A DNA stretch of 63,661 bases, the filler included, from Atractiella rhizophila (Eukaryota), in NCBI GenBank assembly GCA_021432655.1. It is 10 parts of 8 records of this genome, joined end to end, with 100 filler letters (N's around TTAATTAATTAA, not from the genome) between each part and the next. Parts side by side here need not be neighbours in the genome. Positions count along the whole stretch, not along the records: positions 39,250 to 49,651 come from MU272077.1; 9 more parts are not named here. One strand, written 5' to 3'. Shown in pieces: positions 39,732-49,651 of the stretch. The notes below the pieces were generated by a model. The model saw only the letters and a list, made by a program, of their open reading frames with translations, had not been told where the DNA came from and did no database searches. Position numbers and translations under genes: made by a program. Numbering within the stretch: the first letter of the stretch is position 1; each line of letters opens with the position of its first letter.

Positions 39732-40608
39732 GTGTTGGTGATGAAGGACGGGTGCAGTTCCCACAGTTGTGAGAACAGACGGGAGAACTGACGCCAAAGG
39801 GCGGGAAGCGGGATCGGCAGGTGTTTATCTTTTTCGCGGTTTCGCCATCTTCCTCTGATAACGACGAAACCAGTTCTATCCGTGCCTACATTCGCTTACA
39901 ACACATTGTCTACACTATTTGCTCGATGGCGTCAAAGAAGGCTCGCAAGACTTCTCCCAAGTTGAGACGAAACGATAGGTCAGTCGTTTTCTACCTTCTG
40001 CTACACATGATCTAATTTTCAGCTGCAGACTGTACAGAAGGTGGAACAGACGGCAAAGAGTAGCAGGCTTTGCAACCGAAGAACCGTTCGTCATTCTTGC
40101 CCTTCTTTCTGTTGCCACTCACCTCTTGCTCTGTAGGTCAGTGGTGCAGAAGGCGGTTTCGATGACCAAAAAGGCCATCGAAGTGTAAGCCTGTTTAATT
40201 CGATGGAAGGCAATATCGGAGCTTTGGATAGTCCAAGTCAGAGAATCAAACTCTGGTGGTCAAACAGGAGCTATGGATTTCTCGAGGAATAGGGTATGTT
40301 CCCATATTACTCCTTCTTATTTCGGAATACTAACCTGTTGTTATGGGATGTCTTCGGTACTCAAGACGCGTTTTCATATGGACAGGACGCAGTGGTTGGA
40401 GCTCCCCTCTGCTCACGCCCTTCCACTCGCTCCCAATGATCCCTTCATTCTCATCTGCCGTCTTGGTCACCTCATACAGCTATTCCCTTTTCCCCGAGGG
40501 ACGAGGGCACAAACACACACTCGTCTTATCGAAAACACAAAGTTGTTCATCCAGTCTAAGAGGACCGTGGAACTCATGGAAAAAATTCCTGCGAGACACT
40601 TATCCTCG
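39732..40608 (+). repeat. Left copy of ~0.87-kb direct repeat flanking the NLR-protease cassette
   Basis: Begins GTGTTGGTGATGAAGGAC and aligns closely to 48780-49651 through ...CACTTATCCTC. Confidence 0.93.
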
Positions 40609-42093
40609 TTTGTCTGAAATCACCTACGAAATCGAGCCAAAGAAATTGGCAAGTGTGAAGGAGGACAGGTTTCGACCATCTGTTCCTCTAGTTTCGCTTC
40701 TTTTCTGAAGTCAATTGAGGCTGAACAGAGATTCCATATTGCTCCATATTGTACTTCCTCTTGATTAATGTTGCCCACTAGCGCATTCCGTTTGCGTGGA
40801 GTAGATGAAAGGAAGGATAATAGATGAATCAACGCAACTCCCTGTTTAAAATGTGGAGGAAGAACATTAACGCAGCTGACTGCTTTGGAGTCAAAGCTAG
40901 AGATTTAGCGGAGCGATGTCTCTGATGAAGGGGAGCTGAGCTTATTAGGAGCAGAGGTACCAGAATAACCCTTCCACCGTAAGCAAGAGCACTCACCACA
41001 AGAAACATCAGTAACGTAAGTAACGGAAACATCCCCACCCGCCCGCCTCCACTCCTTCGATGAGCAGGTTTTGAGGAAAGGGAACTCATGGAACTTGGCT
41101 AAATTATGAAGATAAAATAGATACTTAAACATTTTGACTTGCTCCGACTGATTCCAGAGTTACTAAGGCCTACTGATATAGCATTTAAAACAGGACCTAA
41201 AGTCATCTATCCTTCCTGATATCAGCATAGATGCACCATGGATGTCGAGCAGGACAGTACTTCAGCATTCCCCCATTTTTGGAATACTGTAATCCTGCCA
41301 TCAATGAAATTCTGCTGCTCGTGGGGCTATCCTCTGGCCAGGAAGCCTGTGGGCGATGCATCTTCGGGATGTGGGATCGAATATTTAATATTGAGTGGAC
41401 GGTGGACGCGGGCTTTTGGATCCCAGCCTTGTCCGCATCAAGCGACGAACCCTCTCTGCATCTCTCTCACGCCGTCAAGGAGAAAAGATATCGGACTGTT
41501 CCTGGATTTTGAGTGTAGAGTGACAAGTTGTTGTTACTGCACGATTGGAGACAAGTCACGGATGTAAGTCTTAAAATTTATTTAGCCCTGGTTTGGTCGG
41601 CGATGGATGAAATGAGGGTCGAGTGGGAGAAATGGTTCAAGTTTGTTTTATGTTCCAACATTGTGTAACCTTCATATCTCCATAAGCTCAAGCTCAATCA
41701 ACTTCATTACCCACACTGCAATCCTTTACACTACTTTCGGCTCTGGATCCCTTAGGCATGGATGCTTCGCAGTGCCATCCTTCTTTTTCCTAGCATTAGT
41801 TCCTCCATCTTGCAAGTTGACAAATTGCCTAAGTGCTCTGAGCTTCCCCCTCCCACCTCTTCTTATTCTCACATTCTCGTATGGATTACATTCATTCATT
41901 CGTACGTACGGACTTTTGGATCGGAATGCTGCTCTATTGTTTTCTTTCTTTCCTCTTCCTTTTAGCAGTCAGTTTCATGTATCCTTTGCTGGTCTCCCTC
42001 CTCGTGGCTCTACTCTAGATCTGACATGCATTTCCTTAGTTTCGCCTCACGTTCAACAAGCTCTGGTCATCGATTTCAGCCATCATTTCGGCG

Positions 42094-45000
42094 ATGTTAA
42101 CCTCAGCCTTCGAAAAGACGCCTGGGCCTTCTTCATCAGAACCAAGCGACCATGAAGATCCCGGGAATTCGTCTGAAGACGACAACGCATTCAGCGCCGA
42201 TTCGCGACAAGTTCCTCCTTCTAATGACGGCGTCAGAGTCCAAAATCTTTCAGTATTGCAGCTCTACTCTCAACCCAGCCTTTTCCTGAGCGGCATACCG
42301 TTTATTATTTTTGGTCCGCAATTTCGCTTTTTATCACGCAGCGCAACGCCACATACCTCCAGACCTGCTACTCCAACACCTTTCTCGTCCTCTACTTCTT
42401 CTCAAGTTCGAACCGTTAGAATGTTCAAAGTTCCAGAGAATGTCAAGAAGACAAACGAACAAGGCGTCCGAATCCTCGCCATCGACAATGGCGGCATCGC
42501 TACATTTGCCACGCTTTACATGCTCCAAGTCGTCATGCTCCACGTTGGAGAACTCCTCGGTATTCCCGAAGGAGAAGAGGTTCGACCATGCGATATTTTC
42601 GATCTCATTTGCGGCACTTCTACGGGAGGATGGATTGCCCTCATGCTCGGGCGGTTGGGGATGACCGTTCAAGAATCCATCCGCGCCTACGAGCAGATCA
42701 TACAGCACGTCTTCTCCGAAGATGCTCCACTCTCGGAGGAAGGTCACCGTTATTCTGCACAGAGGCTTGAGGCCGTCTTCCTCGACATCATTGCACGACA
42801 CACTCCATCATCTGGACTGTCGACTCATCTTCCTATGAAGGATGATGCGATAGCAGATAGATGCAGAACTTTCGTTGTCTCAGCGTCCGAATCTAATGCC
42901 GCCGTTTCCACAGAGATGCGCACATACGACGTTTCCCATGCCCATGCAAGACTTTTTGCTGCTCCATGTGCGGTGTGGGAGGCAGCAAGAGCAACCTCGT
43001 CTCATCCTGGCTACTTCCCTCCTACCGTCATCGACAACATGAAATTTGTCGCCGTGGGAAAGAACAACCCAGCAGCATTAGCGATTGAGGAATCAAAGCG
43101 TATTTGGGGAAAAGGCAGTCAAGTCGCCTGTCTCGTCTCCTTAGGGTCAGGAGTCGCTCATGCTGCCCAGCTCTACGATATTACGCGTCTTGTCGAGGCC
43201 ATTGTAGAGGAGGAGGGTTCCCGCGTAGCAGATCAGGTGAAGATGAGCATGCAGAAACGAGGTTTAGCACATAGGTACCATCGCTTTGCAATTAACACGA
43301 TGGGACGCATTAAGTGGCAGGAATGGGAGGGTTACCATGCCGTGGTGGGCCGTGCAAAGGCGTATATGGACGTGATGGGTTACGAAGCGCATAGTGCGGC
43401 TGAATATCTCGTGCAAGGTATGATCTTACACCTCTCATGTCGAGACTATGTTCATGGTCTTGCAGTCCACAGTGAACGAATTGCAATTCGTCGGAGGCTG
43501 CCACTACCGCCTCCTGGCTCTTGCTTTGGGCGCGAAGCTGAGGTGCAACTTGCTAGAGAAGCTATACTTACGGGTCGCCATGTTGCTATTATGGGAGGAG
43601 CTGGAAACGGAAAATCCATCGTCGCACTCCACACCCTGCATTTGAAAGAGATCGAACAGTCTTTCGCCGATCTCAAGGGAGGTACCAAAGAAGATCTCCG
43701 CTTCTGGGTTCGCTGTGACAGTTTTGATACCTTTGCTGGGCTTTCCGACCACATCTGTAATCATATCTTCGCACTTCCTCAAATTAGTAAATCGTCACTG
43801 GAGACCATGGCCAGATTTTTCACAACTCATAAATGCCTTCTCGTTTTGGATAACTTTGACACTCCCTTGCATGCAGACAAGGACACAAAACAGCACTTCT
43901 TCCGAGCTCTTCTTTCGAACAACTCAGTCGGGTCGGTGCTCGTCGTGACCCATCGCGGAGATCAAATAGAACGTTTGGACCTGAAGGGAGACAAGCCTGT
44001 AAAGTTTGTCAAGGTCTTAGTCGGTGGTTTGCCAACAAATGGTGCCCTCACACTCTTCGAAAACTCATTTCAGAGGAAGGAAGAGTTCTCCTTGCCATTA
44101 GTAGAACGCCTCGTTGAAAAACTGGACTTCCATGCTCTATCAATCAAGCTATTCGCTCTACGTGCCCACGAGGATTCAACCATGGCACTCAAACAATTGG
44201 TGAAAGAGTGGGAAAAGAAAAAGAAAGCCGTTTTATGGAATGAAGATAGCGAAGACGCCATCAGCGTCAAAACCGCTATATCCCTCAAAACCTCCATATC
44301 CCTCTCCCTCAACTCTCCGGCTCTCCGATTGCAGGGGGACCGCGGGTTATTTGCGCTTGCTCTGTTGTCATGGGCACCGGACGGTCTATCCCACGACGAT
44401 TTGTTAGCCCTCATTTCCAACTCTTACAGGTCTGACGATGTCTTTGAAGTCATTGCTGTAATTTCAACAATTGGGCTCGCTAATGACATCAAGGGCACTC
44501 TTCGTATGCTCGCTCCTATTCGCGAATATGTCAACGACCTTGTTTCTCGTTCTATCCTACCATTTTCGAAGGCTGTACCTTCAACACTCCTGCCGCTTGT
44601 GAACCATCTTATGGGAAAAGCCAAGACATACATCAAACAGTTCGAGGTTGGCAAGGACCATTATGCACTGCTTCTCTTCCGTGAACAATACCCGAACCTG
44701 GAACATGCCCTGCTGGCGAGCATGATACGGCTCTCTGACCCTTTACCATTCCTCCAGTACTTGGAGACCATATCGGAATTCCTACGCCTGAAACACTACC
44801 TCTCAACTTCACTCTTCCAACAAGCGGTGTGTGTCTTGGAGACAAGGCTGGGAGGGCCGTTCGATCAGAGACAATCAGACTTTCTAAGATTGAATGGCTC
44901 ACTGAAGGAGTCTCTTGCTTACAGCTTTTACAACCAAGGTTCCAAAGAGGACGCGCTGAAGGCGTTCGAGGGGGCAAAGGTGCTCTACATGGAAGTTGGA

Positions 45001-46491
45001 GACCGACAGGGTCAAGCCCACTGCATCCAGAACATTGGGGAGATTGATTTTCAATGTGGCCAGAACGGGGAAGCTCTGAGGGCGTTCGAGAAGGCGAAGG
45101 CTCTCTATGTAGAAGTGGGAGACCGACAGGGTCAAGCCCACTGCATCCGGGACATCGGGGAGATCGATTTTCAATCTGGACGGAACAAGGACGCTCTGAA
45201 GGCACTCGAGGAGGCGAGGTTGCTCTACGTCGAAGTGGGAGACCGACAGGGTCAAGCCCACTGCATCCGGGACATCGGGGAGATCGATTTTCAATGTGGG
45301 CGGAACGAGGACGCTCTGAAGGCACTCGAGGAGGCGAGGTTGCTCTACGTCGAAGTGGGAGACCGACAGGGTCAGGCCCACTGCATCCGGGACATCGGGG
45401 AGATCGATTTCCAATGTGGGCGGAATGAGGACGCGCTGAAGGCGTTCGAGGAAGCAAAGGTGCTCTACAAGGAAGTGGGATTTCGGCTGGGTCAAGCCCA
45501 TTGCATCCGGAACGTCGGGGAGATCGATTTTCAATGTGGCCAGAACGAGGATGCTCTGAAGGCACTCGAGGAGGCGATGTTTTTCTATGTAGAAGTGGGA
45601 GACCGACAGGGTCAAGCCCACTGCATCCGGGACATCGGGGAGATCGATTTCCAATGTGGGCGGAACGAGGACGCGCTGAAGGCGTTCGTGAAGGCGAAGG
45701 ATCTCTATGTAGAAGTGGGAGACCGACGAGGACAGGCCCACTGTATTCGCAACATCGGCAAGGTCGATTTTCAATGTGGGCTGAACGAGGACGCTCTGAG
45801 GGCGTTCCAGGAGGCAAAGGTTCTCTATAGGGAAGTGGAATCTCTGCTGGGTCAAGCCCACTGCATCCGGAACATTGGGGAGATCGATTTTCGACTTGGC
45901 CAGAACGAGGACGCTCTGACGGCGTTCGTGGAGGCGAAGGAGCTCTATATGGAAGTGGGAGATCGACTGGGTCAGGCTAACTGCGTTCTCAACCGCGGGG
46001 AGATCGATTCTCGACTTGACAGGAACGAGGACGCTCTGAGGGCTTTCCAGGAGGCAAAGGTTCTCTATACGGAAGTGGGATCTCTGCTGGGTCAAGCCCA
46101 CTGCATCCGGAACATTGGGGAGATTGATTTTCGACTTGGCCGGAACGAGGACGCTCTGACGGCGTTCGAGGAAGCGAAGGCTCTCTACATGGAAGGAGGA
46201 GATCGAGGAGGTGAAAGAGACTGCTGTAAATTAATAGCTGGTGTATCCAGCAACATCGAAGAGATAAATGACAGTGTTGACGTTACGAGGATACGTGACG
46301 ACGCCTACGATCTCTGTAGCCCGATACCTCATCTTCCGATGCCTGAGGAGACTGACAGGCCGGAAGAGACAAAAGAGAAGGAAAGGCGTAGGGCCGTCCC
46401 CATCATCCCTATGGTCATAAAAGATGATGTTGCTGTGGAAGGCGGTTCAAAGACCTGTCTGTCCCTCTTTTGTCTGTTATCGCCATACTAA
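42094..46491 (+). CDS. Fungal NLR-like protein: patatin-like domain + STAND P-loop NTPase (NB-ARC-like) + TPR array (unspliced 3' end shown)
   Basis: 1465-codon ORF. Patatin motifs ILAIDNGG, FDLICGTSTGG, WEAARATS. Walker A GGAGNGKS, Walker B LLVLDNFD. Ten 40-aa TPR-like repeats. Likely an in-frame 48-nt intron at 43418-43465. Confidence 0.92.
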   Translation: MLTSAFEKTPGPSSSEPSDHEDPGNSSEDDNAFSADSRQVPPSNDGVRVQNLSVLQLYSQPSLFLSGIPFIIFGPQFRFLSRSATPHTSRPATPTPFSSSTSSQVRTVRMFKVPENVKKTNEQGVRILAIDNGGIATFATLYMLQVVMLHVGELLGIPEGEEVRPCDIFDLICGTSTGGWIALMLGRLGMTVQESIRAYEQIIQHVFSEDAPLSEEGHRYSAQRLEAVFLDIIARHTPSSGLSTHLPMKDDAIADRCRTFVVSASESNAAVSTEMRTYDVSHAHARLFAAPCAVWEAARATSSHPGYFPPTVIDNMKFVAVGKNNPAALAIEESKRIWGKGSQVACLVSLGSGVAHAAQLYDITRLVEAIVEEEGSRVADQVKMSMQKRGLAHRYHRFAINTMGRIKWQEWEGYHAVVGRAKAYMDVMGYEAHSAAEYLVQGMILHLSCRDYVHGLAVHSERIAIRRRLPLPPPGSCFGREAEVQLAREAILTGRHVAIMGGAGNGKSIVALHTLHLKEIEQSFADLKGGTKEDLRFWVRCDSFDTFAGLSDHICNHIFALPQISKSSLETMARFFTTHKCLLVLDNFDTPLHADKDTKQHFFRALLSNNSVGSVLVVTHRGDQIERLDLKGDKPVKFVKVLVGGLPTNGALTLFENSFQRKEEFSLPLVERLVEKLDFHALSIKLFALRAHEDSTMALKQLVKEWEKKKKAVLWNEDSEDAISVKTAISLKTSISLSLNSPALRLQGDRGLFALALLSWAPDGLSHDDLLALISNSYRSDDVFEVIAVISTIGLANDIKGTLRMLAPIREYVNDLVSRSILPFSKAVPSTLLPLVNHLMGKAKTYIKQFEVGKDHYALLLFREQYPNLEHALLASMIRLSDPLPFLQYLETISEFLRLKHYLSTSLFQQAVCVLETRLGGPFDQRQSDFLRLNGSLKESLAYSFYNQGSKEDALKAFEGAKVLYMEVGDRQGQAHCIQNIGEIDFQCGQNGEALRAFEKAKALYVEVGDRQGQAHCIRDIGEIDFQSGRNKDALKALEEARLLYVEVGDRQGQAHCIRDIGEIDFQCGRNEDALKALEEARLLYVEVGDRQGQAHCIRDIGEIDFQCGRNEDALKAFEEAKVLYKEVGFRLGQAHCIRNVGEIDFQCGQNEDALKALEEAMFFYVEVGDRQGQAHCIRDIGEIDFQCGRNEDALKAFVKAKDLYVEVGDRRGQAHCIRNIGKVDFQCGLNEDALRAFQEAKVLYREVESLLGQAHCIRNIGEIDFRLGQNEDALTAFVEAKELYMEVGDRLGQANCVLNRGEIDSRLDRNEDALRAFQEAKVLYTEVGSLLGQAHCIRNIGEIDFRLGRNEDALTAFEEAKALYMEGGDRGGERDCCKLIAGVSSNIEEINDSVDVTRIRDDAYDLCSPIPHLPMPEETDRPEETKEKERRRAVPIIPMVIKDDVAVEGGSKTCLSLFCLLSPY
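44941..46200 (+). repeat. Array of ~10.5 highly similar 120-bp units encoding 40-aa TPR-like repeats
   Basis: Exact 120-nt period; consensus RNEDALKAFEEAKxLYVEVGDRQGQAHCIRDIGEIDFQCG. Confidence 0.97.
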
Positions 46492-46524
46492 CCCTCTCTA
46501 TCTGGTTTCCGTCTCCCCATCCAG

Positions 46525-48474
46525 TGCTTTCTGTGCAAGAAATTGATGCGTACATTCAGTTTGCAAAGAACTACGAGGAAGCTCATAGATCTACGGACGT
46601 GGACGATTCTCTCACCACTACCATGTCCTCTCCGGGCTTTACCCACCACGCCGCGTCCGGCTCTTCTTCCTTCACTGTTGATCCGCACGCTGTTTCTATT
46701 GTCGAAGCTCAGTTGTACTATGCAGGCTTGCATTCTAAGCCCACGCTTCTATACCGAACTGGCAAGGAGCCATGGTCTCCACCTAAGGGACCCGAGGCAC
46801 AGCGCCGTTTGAAGGAGCTTTGCGAGGTCTTCAGCCATCCAATTACGAAAGTGTGGAATCGCGATTTGGCCTGGAAGGTTGTCGATATCATGGATACTCA
46901 CACAGTTATAATATCTTGTCATATTGTATAGTTTGCTAACTGGTATCTCAGGTCCACTTTACGACCATAGATGTCGTTCGTTTTAGGAAGGTCGCGGTCG
47001 ACGAAGTGGACGAAGGCGAAGAGGATGAAGAGGATGAAGAAGAGAATAGAGAAGAGGATGAAGAAGAGGAGGATGAAAAAATGATCAGGACCAAGAAACA
47101 GGACGTCGGGCGTGTAGTTATCTGGGTTGGGGTATTCCCCGGCAATACCACCGCTACGGCCGCCCACAACGCGGCTCAGGATGTTCTAGCAATTCTCAGC
47201 GACTATGAGATCACTGATATTGACGTGGAATTTCGCGAATCCCTCTACACGCGCGAGGCTGGTCCTCAGCTTCTGCCACCCCTCGGTGATCTTGACCCAC
47301 TTGTCGACGTTGTTAGTCCCCTCACTCCCACCCTCGGTCTCTACATTTCCACCAAGGCCAGGCCTGAGGCTCAGGGAACCATGGCTCTCTACCTTACAGA
47401 AGGTGGCGACAGCAACAACCTGTTGGGGCTTTCGTGCCGCCATGTTCTAATCTCCTCGAAGGAAGCCAACACCAACTACGTTTACCGCCCCAGTGCTCCT
47501 GCCAAGAACGTTGTCCTGCTAGGGAAGCAACGCTACTTAGACCTTCACGATTCGATCAAACTTAGGATTGGCCGGCACTGCATCTCGATGCGACGCTGGA
47601 CTAAGCAGATTGAGGGGTTCCTGGAGAAGGAAAAGGGCGTTAACCCTGCTGAGGTCCGGAAGGCTGCAGATTCGCGGTGTGAGACTCAGGTGTTGCTAGA
47701 TAGGGCTGAAAAAGCGGTGAAGGCACTTCGAGCATTGCTGGAGCGCGTTGAGGCTGACTGGAAGACAATCAACAACCGTGTTCTTGGCCCCATCCTCCGC
47801 TCCCCAGCTATCTCTCTTGGTGTCGGTGAATATCGTTTCACAGAGGACTGGGGGGTCTTCAGAATTGATAGGGTTAAGCTTGGCGACGGTTTCCGGGGCA
47901 ATACATTGGACCTCGGTGCGTTTTGAAAGACCATCTACTAAGATACTTAAATATTTGTTGATTTTCTTTAGGAACAAAGCTGACGGCCGACGAGTTCACG
48001 GTCAAATGCTTCCCTCGAGGAGACGCTAACTGGGAGTTCGAGTATCCAGCAGATCGTGTGCTTCCGCTCGTGGGCACCATCACTGATGAATTGATGGTTT
48101 GGCCTGACATGTGGGACTGCGACGGCGAACCGTGCTTGCTGGTCGTTAAAAACGCTAATGCCACTGGTACCACCCTCGGCCGCGCCAACGGGGTCTTTTC
48201 CATCGTCCGCGACTATTTCAACGACATGTCTATCAACCAGAGCTCCATGGAATGGTGTATCATTAATTACGATAGCAAGTCGGAGGTTTTTTCGGCACCA
48301 GGTGACTCTGGCTCCATAATTGCCGATATACGCGGCCGTATTGGGGGTATGCTGACAGGTGGTGCTGGCAAGACCACATCCTCTGATATAACCTATGCTA
48401 CGCCATTTTGGTGGCTCCTTCAGCGCATTAGGACTAACGGGTTCCCTAATGCCTGTCTCAGCCACCACACCTAA
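46525..48474 (+). CDS. Trypsin-like (PA clan) serine protease module; exons 46525-46904, 46952-47915, 47972-48474; joinable in frame to the NLR
   Basis: LGLSCRHVL (His), EDWGVF (Asp), SAPGDSGSII (Ser), VVKNANATGTTLG, IGGMLTGG. Intron phases checked by hand and consistent. Confidence 0.8.
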
Positions 48475-48779
48475 GGATTTCATCATTTAGGTCCATTTGT
48501 TTCTTGAGGCAAGTACAGGACCGGTACACTTGTATTATAGGGCAATATCAATGGATTGCAATACCTTACTACTGTTATTACTTCATGAAGCCATGGTTTA
48601 AATGTCTACGCTTATTCCTTTGCAACACAACTGTTCTGTCGGTCAAATTTGGCTGTAACCCAGTCACGAGGGTTTGACTGATGGGAACTAACATGACGTG
48701 ACGGAACGCACCCTCGAGTCCCGTCAGCACAGACACGACGGCCGGATAACTTCGCGAAGTTAAGATGAGCCCCGATGCG

Positions 48780-49651
48780 GTGTTGGTGATGAAGGACTGG
48801 TGCAGTTCCCACGGTTGTGAGAACAGACGGGAGAACTGACGCCAAAGGGCGGGAAGCGGGATCGGCAGGTGTTTATCTTTTTCGCGGCCTCGCCATTAAC
48901 TTCCTCTGACAACGACGAACCAGTTCTATCCGTGCCTACATTTGCTTACAACACATTGTCTACACTATTTGCTCGATGGCGTCAAAGAAGGCTCTCAAGA
49001 CTTCTCCCAAGTTGAGACGAAACGATAGGTCAGTCGTTTTCTACCTTCTGCTACACATGATCTAATTTTTAGCTGCAGACTGTACAGAAGGTGGAACAGA
49101 CGGCAAAGAGTAGCAGGGTTTGCAACCGAAGAACCGTTCGTCATTCCTGCCCTTCTTTCTGTTGCCACTCACCTCTTGCTCTGTAGGTCGGTGGTGCAGA
49201 AGGCGGTTTCGATGACCAAAAAGCCCATCGAAGTGTAAGCCTGTTTAATTCGATGGAGGCAATAACGGAGCTTTGGATAGTCCAAGTCAGAGAATCAAAC
49301 TCTGGTGGTCAAACAGGAGCTATGGATCTCTCGGAGAAGGAATAGGTATGTTCCCATATTACTCCTTCTTCTTTCGGAATACTAACTTGTTGTTATGGTA
49401 GGGATACTCAAGACGCGTTTTCATATGGACAGGACGCAGTGGTTGGAGCTCCCCTCTGCTCACGCCCTTCTACTCGCTCCAAATGATCCATTCATTCTCA
49501 TCTGCCGTCTTGGCACTTCATACAGCTATTCCCTTTTGCCCGAGGGACGAGGGCACAAACACACTTGTCTTATCGAAAGCACAAAGTTGTTCATCCAGTC
49601 TAAGAGGACCATGGAACTCATGGAAAAAATTCCTGCTAGACACTTATCCTC
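48780..49651 (+). repeat. Right copy of the direct repeat, truncated by contig end
   Basis: Near-identical to 39732-40608 with scattered substitutions and small indels. Confidence 0.93.

Noticed and set aside
40175..40206. 8-bp inverted repeat CCATCGAA...TTCGATGG in both repeat copies
   Set aside because: Short enough to arise by chance, and its presence in both copies just reflects the duplication.
44633..46101. Long antisense and alternate-frame ORFs (394 and 400 aa) over the TPR array
   Set aside because: Shadow ORFs: a stop-free 120-nt unit repeated in tandem stays open in other frames.
44941..46200. TPR array as a CRISPR or non-coding satellite
   Set aside because: Contiguous in-frame coding units with no unique spacers, in a eukaryotic gene.
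39732..49651. Autonomous LTR retrotransposon
   Set aside because: No gag, RT, RNase H or integrase motifs inside. The protease is a GDSGS serine type, not a retroviral aspartic protease. The repeat's 3' end and target-site duplication are not visible.
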